Assembly (NCBI GenBank): GCA_018691345.1
Contig: JABGTJ010000016.1
Location: forward strand, 125-64,124
Origin: Methanobacteriota archaeon
GTDB taxonomy: Archaea > Thermoplasmatota > Poseidoniia > Poseidoniales > Poseidoniaceae
Reading direction: 5' to 3'
DNA: 64,000 nucleotides
Shown here one piece after another: positions 34,156 through 43,900 of this stretch. The notes under the pieces are model-generated. The model was not told the DNA's origin. It worked only from the letters and a program-made list of their open reading frames with translations, and ran no database searches. Made by a program: the position numbers and the translations under genes. How positions within the stretch are numbered: position 1 is the first letter of the stretch; the number at the start of each line of letters is the position of its first letter.

Positions 34156-34943
34156 GGCCGCCATAATTGGTCAGTGCAGGTAATGCTGCCATCAGCAAGA
34201 CCCGACAAGTCGTTGAGGTCGTCGCTGTCAAACTCTGTCGGCAAATCATTGTCAAAGAAGTTTGCAATACTCGTGGATTCGATGGCCCAGTACATGACAG
34301 AATCTTCGTTGTTTGAATGCCCCGGATGTGAACTGTCTTCGTGGTCGACTGGCGAAGTGTACACCGTATTTACCAATCCCAAGAGGTGGCCAACTTCGTG
34401 AACCAGAACACTGTTCTCAATCTTCTCCGCTGATGGGCGGCGGAAAATATTTTCAGCATCATCGATGGAATCTTTGAAAATCGCCACGGTCGAAGCATCG
34501 ACTGCGACGCCAAGAACACTGGTGTCGTCGTATGTTCCGGCTGGGAACAAAACTTGCCAAGTAAGTGTTGAGCCTGTTTGAGGGGAGGAACTTTTGGCCT
34601 CTTCTCCTAACTGGCGCACATCATTTGCGGACCATACATCATCGATTGCAAAATCAGTTTCTGTGAACACCAAACGTATCCCCATCGACTTATCACACAC
34701 AGATTCAAGTCGTTGTTTGAGCATATCCGTCGATGTTGATTCGGGCAAATAGCCAGGTTCGTAATCGATTTCCACAACCATGGAAGTGTATTTTGAACCG
34801 TCCAAACAGGCGAGTGTTAAGCTCCCAGGAATGCCTCGATCATCCGATATCCCGAGTATACTGTCGCCGCTTAAGCAGCCTGATAGAGCGGGTGTAAGAA
34901 GCAAGATCAGCATGCCAATTCCAAGACGATGGAGTCTGCCCAT
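34152..34943 (-). CDS. Secreted zinc metalloprotease (HExxH zincin), probable lipoprotein
   Basis: Signal peptide with lipobox LSGC. VLVHEVGHLLGL is the HExxH motif, with downstream DSVMY as a possible Met-turn. Confidence 0.7.
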   Translation of the reverse strand: MGRLHRLGIGMLILLLTPALSGCLSGDSILGISDDRGIPGSLTLACLDGSKYTSMVVEIDYEPGYLPESTSTDMLKQRLESVCDKSMGIRLVFTETDFAIDDVWSANDVRQLGEEAKSSSPQTGSTLTWQVLFPAGTYDDTSVLGVAVDASTVAIFKDSIDDAENIFRRPSAEKIENSVLVHEVGHLLGLVNTVYTSPVDHEDSSHPGHSNNEDSVMYWAIESTSIANFFDNDLPTEFDSDDLNDLSGLADGSITCTDQLWRP

Positions 34944-34979
34944 AGTTTGCCGTAGTGGTGGTTATTTTCAAACCATTGC

Positions 34980-35432
34980 TTACCATTCTTCAGGTATTTC
35001 AAGCGGTGAAAATAATTGCCCTGGGCTTTTAGCATTGGAAAGTTGAGTGCGCGAAAGCGCCTCCCAAGGCCGTAAAGCGATCAAACCTTCCGCTAATGAT
35101 GCATCGATTTCGACCAGCGTAACTCGAATAAGCGTTGCTAAAATATCCATTCGGTCTTCATCTATGATTTTGAAGACTTTCTCCAAATCAAACTGGAATC
35201 CGGATTCATCTTCATCAGCGGTATGAATCGGCCACGGATGGGTGACGGTTTCTGGGAACTCTTGTTGAGTTGCCGTTATGTGTTCATCAAGCGAACGAGA
35301 CAGTCCCGCAATATGCTTGCTAAGAACAAGACTGACTTCAATGAGGGGCATGTTGAGCTGATTGATTAAATTCACCATCCGTTCTTGCAGGGTCACCATC
35401 CCCGCAACAGCCGAATTGTTTCCATCGGACAT
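34980..35432 (-). CDS. Small cytoplasmic hypothetical protein, 10 nt downstream of the giant gene
   Basis: 150 aa with no TM or signal sequence. Acidic, ending PLEIPEEW. Co-directional with the flanking genes and tightly spaced. Confidence 0.55.
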   Translation of the reverse strand: MSDGNNSAVAGMVTLQERMVNLINQLNMPLIEVSLVLSKHIAGLSRSLDEHITATQQEFPETVTHPWPIHTADEDESGFQFDLEKVFKIIDEDRMDILATLIRVTLVEIDASLAEGLIALRPWEALSRTQLSNAKSPGQLFSPLEIPEEW

Positions 35433-35441
35433 GTCAGCAAC

Positions 35442-38400
35442 TCACTTCTTCATCGATTCGACGTATTGCCAACCAAAATGGTTCCATTGGTCGAGGGTCC
35501 ATCCTTCCGGAAGACCAGTTGGTGGGAGTGGTGGAGGGGCTTTTACCGGCGCGGCAACTGCTGGTGCAGGAGACACCGATGGTTGAGGTAATGTCAAACC
35601 ACTTGGTGGTGGTAAGTCTTGATCAATTGCCGGAAGCATCTTTGAGGTTTGAAGAGATTCAAGGACTTCTTCCGTTTGGTCTTCCACACCTGCATCTAAT
35701 TCTCCTTCCCGGATTCGCCGGTTCATCACTAACAGCCACATCGCCATGCTGAGAGAAAGGAGAGCAACGATGTAGAGTACGATGCTAAAGGTTCCTTCTT
35801 GGGCTTGCTGAACAAGCGCTTTGCCATCACGAATAGTCTGTTCTTTGATGAACAGTGGGTCGAGTGATGTACGGTCCATTTCCACCTCATCCACCAACAC
35901 TACGAGTCTGAATTCAATACTGTCACCAACATCTGCATCGGCAATTGTAGGTAGAGACCCTGTCAACTCACCACCCGCTGTTGCTACAATGTCAACCCGA
36001 GCGATGTTTTCCCAAAAGCCACCCTCAACAGCACGTTGAAGAACGAGGGATACGTCACCTTTACCGCCTAGATTTCGAACCTCGAAATCAAGGTTGACTG
36101 CTTGTTGTGCTATTGGACTTGGGTCGTCCCATGAGAAACTGCTTGTTGCAGCATTAAGGTCAATACTTGGGCCGAGTAAAGCCAAAGACCATGACGCAAT
36201 TGGCTCGTAAATAGAATTGCCAGTGGTATCGAACGGATTACCTGCAGAATCGGAACCTGAAACCCAAACATCAACCATGTAGGATGGCAAAAGTGTTGTT
36301 GCCCCTGCATCGGTCAAATCAAGATTACCGGTCCAGAAAAATTGCTCGCCAAACGGAGTTGTGTCGGGTAAAGGTACACTACCCCTTGAAATTTCAGCCT
36401 CTCCGGCACGTACACGATAGTGAATAACTGCAGGCTCGTCGAGATCAAATCCGTAGTTATCCAATGTCTCAAGCATAACCAACAGGTCACCGCATGCACC
36501 AATGGAAAGCGGGGAGCCTGAATTGACTTCATCCAAAGTGATGGCGGCAATGGTAGGACGGGTACTGTCAACAGCCAAGCGTACACGCTGAGTTATGGAA
36601 GTTTCATCCATCGCAAAGCCGGGTAAATCGCTCAGATCGAGTTGTAAATCAAGATGTCCTGATGGTACAGATGGAATCAACAAGTCGAGACTAAATTCAC
36701 CATCGTCACGAGTTGAGGTCGTCCATGTATTGTCGTAGTCTCCAAAAACAACGTCAAAAGCACCGGGTGGTGCAGGTGTTTCGTCTTCAGAGAAAAGAAC
36801 TCGGCCATTGACGCGAAGTGCTTGACCTGCACCGATGAGAGTTTCATCAAAATCTGAGTTGTAATGATTCGTTCCATCACGGAGCTCGACTGCTCGAATA
36901 TGGCCTTCCATAGTATCAAACCGGAAATCATTATCAAGGCTCCATGCATCGTTTCCTAGCCCTTCTTTGGTTTCAAAGCATGGAGTTACTTCGATGTCAT
37001 TGCAAGGCAAATCGGTCACCATTATTTTTGGAATAATGAGACTGGTACCGTCGGTATCAAATATTTCGGGGAACGTCCAAGTAAGTTGGAAGCGTGCTAA
37101 AATTTTGATGAGGTTATTATCCGTTTCATCCAAACTCACGCTTGAGTACAGATTCGAGACTGCAATGTTTGCTGAGCCGGACTCCATCACTGCGACTGGT
37201 AAACCATCATGACCCTTTGTCAGGGAGATGAACAAAGAACTTTCATCATCATCATAATCTCCACCAAGAGCCAATTGAATGTACTGAATATCTTCCCAGC
37301 CGTTTCGGTCAGAGAGTACGATTTGTGCTGTGTAAGGAATGCCTGGATGCAGAGGAGCCGAATCGTCGTGGCCGAGGATGGTCGAATTGTCCAAATCAAG
37401 CTCTGGTTCAAACTCAACTCGGATACGGTAGGTGCCCAAATCGTTATCCCAATCAGGTTCAGTTTCGCCAGGTACGTAGCCACATGCGGTATTGCTGTCT
37501 GGGCAAACTGGCCCACCACCCATTGCAATAGCGTTATCCTGGGCGTCTTTGCCAGTGATGAAATACGAAACAACTTGACCATGTTGAAGCATTGAGTCAT
37601 CGATGAGTCCTTCGAAAATATTCAAACCTCCGGTTTGTGTATCCGGTGAATTAAGCACTTTCAATTCATATTCGTTTGAATTCGGTAATCCATCGAAATT
37701 GTAGTCGCTGCAACCAATCGCCTCGCTGGTCTTGCACCCAATCCAATAGTTGAGGGTAATCTGACTTGGAGGGTCTACAGAGTCTTGAATCACGACGCTA
37801 AGCCCTTGACCACCGGGTGCAGGCGGACCTGCGTGGCGTTCTGTACCGTCCGCTGGAGTTGAACCTAAGACCAACGGTGAATTACCGTCGAGTACCAGTC
37901 GTATGGTATTGTATCCTGGGTTCGTGAACATCGAGCCGTTTTTCAATTCTATTGCTTCGACGTAAAATACCATTCCACCCGGTGCAGATTCCATTGGTGA
38001 AGTGATGGTGATGTTGTAAGAACCAAAGGCCGGATTTTGCTCACGTGCTAGTTCGATCGGCTCGCCAATCGGGTCACCGTCATAAGTTACGTTTTGACCT
38101 AAGATACGGAGGGCAAATTGGCCACCCAATGGAGTGAGTTGTGAGTCTTGGAAATGTATGATGCCTGTAAACGAAATCAGATAGCCTCCACGTACCCAAT
38201 CTTGGGAATACAGTTCTCGACCGGTTTCTTCGTACACTCGAAGTCCGTCGAGTTGAATATCGTTTTCGACAATCATGTCCAAAGAATCAGTCTCCCAAGC
38301 AGCGACTGCCTGACCCAAGTCATCATGAACTGAAATCAGTGCCTGCAATTTACTTTCGTCATCCCATGTCCAGTTGACGGACATTGGCATACGGATTGTG

Positions 38401-40835
38401 ACCAAGCCGGTTGGGTCCATCACAGAAGTGCAGTTGGCAACATCAAATTGGACAATACCGTCCGCATCGCTGACGACCGAGCATGTGTCACCCCGTTCCC
38501 ATTCAAAGGCGGGGTTTTCACCGTATGAATTGTCGAGGGCAACAAGAGAACTCATCACTCGGTCTACATCATCGCCTGGTGCGATTCGGACATGCAGGTT
38601 CCTAAATACGCCGTCTGGAGAGATGACTCCACCCTCGATTGATGCATCAATCGCTCGGGTTTGCATCTTGTATGCAATATCTATGTTTGAAATTTTAACT
38701 CGGCCAGAGGTTGCTGCTTTGATTGCGATTGGAATGAGAACATCACCATCACCGTTCTGAGGAATGAGGGTGTTAAACGCTTGAACAAGCGTTGGTTGGA
38801 ACTTCACTTCCGAATTGATGAGCGACATATCACTTGCAACTACAGAAGATTCATTCAAGAAAAGAACCGACTCCCAATCCCAAATCAAATCGTTACCAAC
38901 ATCGATTTTCGGTCGGTCAGGATATCCTTCCTCGTATTCCATGGTGAGCGAATCAATAAGCGGCGTCAGCGTAGCATCCGATGTCGTCATACTAACAGCG
39001 TAACGTATGGTATCGCCTGCTTCTGTCGATGGGAAACTCACTTCTTGGTTGTTCAAAGCAGGTAGCCAAGACGAGCCGTTATCGTTCGAGACTTGGACGA
39101 GAATCGAGGTTCCGGCGGGAACATCTGCTTGCCAATTGGGTCGAACTTTGCCGACTTTTGTACCGGTGACTAAGGGGGTTGAAGTCCAACTGCCAGAAGT
39201 GGTGTATTCTGTAGCGTACTCGACATCAACCCACCATGAAACTGCAGTTGAGCCAATGAGTTGGGCTTTCCAAACAAGTTCCTCACCAGGATAATCAAAA
39301 TGAATGGTCGAATTGGAAGTTACTGGCTCCCAATGCGTGCCGTTGTCAGCAGAAATCCAATAGTCGACACGATCTCCGATGGATGCTGCGGACCAATGGG
39401 TCTGAATGTTCGCAGCAATCACCGGTTCACTTGAGTTGATTACCGGGCCAAGCCATGTGGTTGTACCTGGTGCAGGTGTGGTCTTAAATTGCCAACCAGT
39501 ACCGTATTCACGATAGTAAAGTGTCGAAGATGACCCTGTCGAATAACCACAATCTGCTGTGACAAAACGTGACCCGTCATATTGCAGCCCATAACCAAGT
39601 GAAGAAAGGAGACGTGTACCCGCTTGTGGAACAAGAGAAGTTGAAGAGCCAGATATTGTCCACGCTTCGAGTTGGTCCTTGTCTTGGTACGTTGAGCCTT
39701 TTTGACATCGCATGAAGAACGTTGTTTCGTTCACTTCCAATCCGCGAACTTGTTGCCCGGTCTTACCGCATTCCCAAGAACTGCCTGAAGATGATGAATA
39801 CGAGTACATGTTATCTCCCCGAGTATATGTCCCGTCAGGCGTATTGCTGAATGTATAAGGGACAATCCTTCGCTGTGCATTGTGCACAATCCAAACATCT
39901 TCTGTTGTGCGATCGTAGGCGATTGCGGTATACTCAGAATATTGAGGTGAAACATCGTACGAATCGATACAGGTCCAAACGTCGTCCCGAGAAATATCCA
40001 TCTCTAAAACCCGGTGGTACTGTGTAGGTGCGGAAGAGGAAGAGTGGGATTTGTATCCAGACAAGATGGCGAACATTCGCTCATCGTCGGTAATTGTCCA
40101 GTCGCGGAACCCATAGTTCGCATAGTAAGTACTCGAATGCAAATTTGGAAGAGTACATTGAGCTTGGTCTAATGTAATCACGGATTCTTTCGTAGCATTA
40201 TTTGGATAAAGTCGATGGACAATGTTTTGGAAGGTCGAAGAACTCCATGTCGACATGAACAACCAGTCGTGATGCTTCAGTACAGCACCCTGACTCTGCT
40301 TGTTAAAGTTCGACGAAGTTTTGAGAACTTGTTGAGAGAATCGGCTTTCCGTGGAGTTGGATGTATGGGGTTGTCGAACAGCGTATGAGCCGTTATCGAG
40401 CCAAGCATCAGAGGCTGGATTGACGGTTTCGTCGAAACCGTGTGCAAAGAAATTGGAAGAACTGTTCGCCAAATCAAGGCTCAAATCGCCGCTTCGCGAA
40501 TCGGTTGAGGAAGCGCCTCCTGCAAACCATTCATCACGGTCGTCGGTTACGGTTTGGCTCCAACCAGTAGCCGATGCGCCCGATAGCGTCATCGAGACAT
40601 CGGTCACCAATGCACCCTTCGGCAATGAAATTTCAGCACCAACGTCTGGATTTGCTCCCTGGTACAACGCTACATACTCCGTAGAACCATCACTGAATTC
40701 GTAAATGTGCCGTGAAACGCCTGCAGCGTCGGCAGAACCTACGAAAACTTCCGCTAGTGGTCCCATAGGTGAAAGGACCATGATGAAAAAAAGTACGAAC
40801 ATAATGCCGCGCCCATTCGAAAATTCGTTCTGCAT
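35442..40835 (-). CDS. Giant membrane-anchored surface protein (adhesin-like, beta-rich), function unknown
   Basis: About 1797 aa from the ATG at 40835, which is preceded by a G-rich SD-like tract. The ORF track uses a GTG at 40856. There is a signal/anchor (IMFVLFFIMVLSPMGPLA), a long Ser/Thr/Trp/Tyr-rich ectodomain, a C-terminal TM helix (FSIVLYIVALLSLSMAMWLLV), and a 93-aa tail. Confidence 0.8.
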   Translation of the reverse strand: MQNEFSNGRGIMFVLFFIMVLSPMGPLAEVFVGSADAAGVSRHIYEFSDGSTEYVALYQGANPDVGAEISLPKGALVTDVSMTLSGASATGWSQTVTDDRDEWFAGGASSTDSRSGDLSLDLANSSSNFFAHGFDETVNPASDAWLDNGSYAVRQPHTSNSTESRFSQQVLKTSSNFNKQSQGAVLKHHDWLFMSTWSSSTFQNIVHRLYPNNATKESVITLDQAQCTLPNLHSSTYYANYGFRDWTITDDERMFAILSGYKSHSSSSAPTQYHRVLEMDISRDDVWTCIDSYDVSPQYSEYTAIAYDRTTEDVWIVHNAQRRIVPYTFSNTPDGTYTRGDNMYSYSSSSGSSWECGKTGQQVRGLEVNETTFFMRCQKGSTYQDKDQLEAWTISGSSTSLVPQAGTRLLSSLGYGLQYDGSRFVTADCGYSTGSSSTLYYREYGTGWQFKTTPAPGTTTWLGPVINSSEPVIAANIQTHWSAASIGDRVDYWISADNGTHWEPVTSNSTIHFDYPGEELVWKAQLIGSTAVSWWVDVEYATEYTTSGSWTSTPLVTGTKVGKVRPNWQADVPAGTSILVQVSNDNGSSWLPALNNQEVSFPSTEAGDTIRYAVSMTTSDATLTPLIDSLTMEYEEGYPDRPKIDVGNDLIWDWESVLFLNESSVVASDMSLINSEVKFQPTLVQAFNTLIPQNGDGDVLIPIAIKAATSGRVKISNIDIAYKMQTRAIDASIEGGVISPDGVFRNLHVRIAPGDDVDRVMSSLVALDNSYGENPAFEWERGDTCSVVSDADGIVQFDVANCTSVMDPTGLVTIRMPMSVNWTWDDESKLQALISVHDDLGQAVAAWETDSLDMIVENDIQLDGLRVYEETGRELYSQDWVRGGYLISFTGIIHFQDSQLTPLGGQFALRILGQNVTYDGDPIGEPIELAREQNPAFGSYNITITSPMESAPGGMVFYVEAIELKNGSMFTNPGYNTIRLVLDGNSPLVLGSTPADGTERHAGPPAPGGQGLSVVIQDSVDPPSQITLNYWIGCKTSEAIGCSDYNFDGLPNSNEYELKVLNSPDTQTGGLNIFEGLIDDSMLQHGQVVSYFITGKDAQDNAIAMGGGPVCPDSNTACGYVPGETEPDWDNDLGTYRIRVEFEPELDLDNSTILGHDDSAPLHPGIPYTAQIVLSDRNGWEDIQYIQLALGGDYDDDESSLFISLTKGHDGLPVAVMESGSANIAVSNLYSSVSLDETDNNLIKILARFQLTWTFPEIFDTDGTSLIIPKIMVTDLPCNDIEVTPCFETKEGLGNDAWSLDNDFRFDTMEGHIRAVELRDGTNHYNSDFDETLIGAGQALRVNGRVLFSEDETPAPPGAFDVVFGDYDNTWTTSTRDDGEFSLDLLIPSVPSGHLDLQLDLSDLPGFAMDETSITQRVRLAVDSTRPTIAAITLDEVNSGSPLSIGACGDLLVMLETLDNYGFDLDEPAVIHYRVRAGEAEISRGSVPLPDTTPFGEQFFWTGNLDLTDAGATTLLPSYMVDVWVSGSDSAGNPFDTTGNSIYEPIASWSLALLGPSIDLNAATSSFSWDDPSPIAQQAVNLDFEVRNLGGKGDVSLVLQRAVEGGFWENIARVDIVATAGGELTGSLPTIADADVGDSIEFRLVVLVDEVEMDRTSLDPLFIKEQTIRDGKALVQQAQEGTFSIVLYIVALLSLSMAMWLLVMNRRIREGELDAGVEDQTEEVLESLQTSKMLPAIDQDLPPPSGLTLPQPSVSPAPAVAAPVKAPPPLPPTGLPEGWTLDQWNHFGWQYVESMKK
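35445..35516 (-). other. C-terminal Trp-rich tail motif GLPEGWTLDQWNHFGWQYVESMKK
   Basis: Homologous to the terminus of the 4832-9802 protein. The juxtamembrane GELDAGVED also matches GELTDAGEE in that protein. Confidence 0.7.
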
Positions 40836-40901
40836 GTCTGCCCCCCATCCTACCACAGGCGCTATGGCCTTTGAATTATACCCCTACAGGTTCGGTCGAA
40901 A

Positions 40902-43900
40902 TCATCCTGTTTGACGAGAATCATATCGGAGAGGGGAAGAGTCGCCACGCACTCCGTCTTCTTCATCGTCGTGAACTTCAAACCAGTCTACCATCCAATC
41001 GCCGTCAGAATCCCAATTGGTTGGGTCCGTCCCTTCAGCTATGTGGTCGTTATCATAATCAAGGAGGTACCAGCCGAATTCGTGCTCGCCGACTGAACGC
41101 ACAGGGGCGGTATTAGGCGAACCAACGTAGTAGATTTCCCACGCATCGGTACGGTTTCCTGCCAACAGAACTTCATCGTCCCCTGAATCAAGGAGGAGGA
41201 AGTTGGTGTCTTTGTCGTCAACAATATAGGCAAACCGTATATCATTGCCGAACGATTTGTCCATTTTGAGGTAATTTTCATTGCTCGCACCTGATGCGTC
41301 AAGTTTCAACATAGCCGCACGCAATTGCCACCATTCCAGTACAATTTCACCGTCGTAGATAAGTCCACTGAGACGGACTGCATTCGGTGACGAAAGGTCG
41401 GGTGTCGTGATTGCATAGAATTCTTGGAAGTTGGTGTACGGCTCATAGACGCAACCGGCACCTGTGCAATCCCAGTTCCCGTCTTGGTCGGGGTCAAAAT
41501 TTGCATCGAGAGGATCTGCCGGGTTCATGGTGAACCAAGTAAAAGACAAGTCAGGACGCGACAACACCCCGTCAACACCTTGCTGCGAAAGTGGAAGGCA
41601 TGAATTGGTGTCAGTCGTACATGCGCCACCTGTGGCCGCATCAATCCATACCACTCGTATTTGCATGAAAGTGCTGTAATTGTCGTTATCTTCATTCCAT
41701 GCCTTTGCATATTCATACCAATCCGGAAGCATGTCACCGTCTGAATCGTTATCACTCGGATTGATACCGTACTTGAACACCTCGCGGCCGTCAGAAAGAT
41801 TGAAATCTTGTTCGTGCAAAACGACTTGACCGTTGGAGACCACAGTCGTATACGATACACTGTCACCGTCGGAATCGTTCAAGTCTGGTCGTGTTTGGTT
41901 GTCCCACTCCATCCAGTTTGTGAAGGGTAGGTCTCCAAATCCAGATTGTACAATTGCTGAGTTTGGCGTGAAAACACGGCTGGACCAAGTACCCTGTTCT
42001 GCGGGTTGGTCAAACGCAGAGCGATCATACCATCCATCGTGATCTCCATCATAGTTGACATCCCAAGGATTGAGGGGGTTTGAAGCCCAATGATTGATTG
42101 TTGTCGGGTCATCCATTCCGTACAATGCGTAGCAATATTCCCAACCATCTTCGATACCATCCGAATCAGAATCGGTGCTCGTGGGGTCTGCAATACCGAG
42201 TAGAGTTCGATTAAAATTCTCCTCGTTAAATTCATTGATCATCAGCATCCTGTCCGTACTTTCCTGGTTTTTGGAGGCAAAGTCGATGTACAGCGCTTGT
42301 TGTGCCTGTGCGGAAGTAAATCCGAGTTCCTCTGTATACGCTTGAATAGCGTCTTCGCCAAAGTCGATTAGGCCTGCAGAAGGAGGAACTGAGAACCGTT
42401 CACTGTACTTTCCGTACGTCCTCGACTCCCATTCTCGTAAATTTGAAAACCGTTCGTCAACAGAAATGTTACCATCACCATCACAATCGAAACTATCGCC
42501 GTCTGTGTCGAGGTTCACATCGCTATCAATCAGTGGATTCATACTCCAACGGTTTTCTTCCAAATCCCATTCAGTGAACCAATACTCAAATCCGTCGTAC
42601 ATACCATCGTCGTCAGTGTCAGGGTTGGTTGGATCGGACATACCCAAAAGCGTTGATAAAATTGCGTTGGGTGGTACTCCAGCTTGCCAATCATTGAAAT
42701 CAGTGAGGAGGCGTTTTCCACGGGTTTCTTTGGTGATGAGCATGTTGAACACACGTTGTGCCTTTTCAGTCGGTTGTTGAACATCACCATCGAGGTGCAA
42801 TAATGGGGCATCAGAAGGATGTTCCACACCGTTCTCTGGATTTTCAACAGCGATTGCGAACTCTTGACTGTCTGTGAGGCCATCACCGTCGCCGTCGAAT
42901 AGACCGTCACCTGCAACCAATGGATTGAGAGTCCAACGGCCAGCACTGATGTTCCATGAAGTGAATAATTGTTCGATTCCGTCAATCATCCCATCACCGT
43001 CTGTATCGACATTATTCGGGTCCGATGTCCATCCGGAGAGGTTGATTTGGTCAGATTCAATAAACGAGCCAAACGAATACTCAACGCTGTTACCAGGCCA
43101 TTGTTGCAAAGCAAAAGCCGAGCCAACTGTGGTGACGAACCATTGAGGAGATGAACGGTTTTGGTCGGTTTCAGAATATTCAGGTGCAATGGAGTTGTAT
43201 TCTTCCCAGTTCGCCATTCCATCATCATCTGCGTCTTGCCAACGGTCCGAAGAATCCAATGGGTTCAGCGTCCAAGCGTCATCGAGAATATTCCAGCGAG
43301 CAAACCAAATTTCCCATCCATCCGGCATACCGTCAGCGTCTGAGTCGGCATTCAATGGGTTGGATGAGCCGATGCTAGTGATCGATTGAAGAGCGGTTAC
43401 TGAACCAGATGCCCGATCGCCAAACGATGCTTCAGGAGCACCGTTGAGGCTGATGTTGGTGAACAGGTCTGTGGAGAAACCGTTCGGCAAAGCCTCACCG
43501 CCAAAGGTTTGGTTGCCGTTGAACAAGTCAGAGCGAACGTGGAATTCAAGATAGTTTACGAATTCCTCATTTTCTTCGAGTATTCCGTTATGATTGATAT
43601 CGTACCCATCACCATCGGGATTTTGGAACAAATCAGAAGCATTGAGCGGATTTACACCCTGCCGTGACGGGTCCCATGTGCATGAACCCCCGGATTCCCA
43701 ACCATCAGGTAAAGAGTCTCCATCGGAATCGATGTTGTTCGGGTCTGCTTCAAACCATTCAAGGCTGGCGTTAATTGATTCTCCGTGAGATTCATACAAC
43801 AATCCGTCAACTGCCGCACTACGGACCACAGACCATTGATACTCGCAAAGATTGGGCAGCCCATCACGGTCTGCGTCCCAATTTGCATCAGCAGCACGGT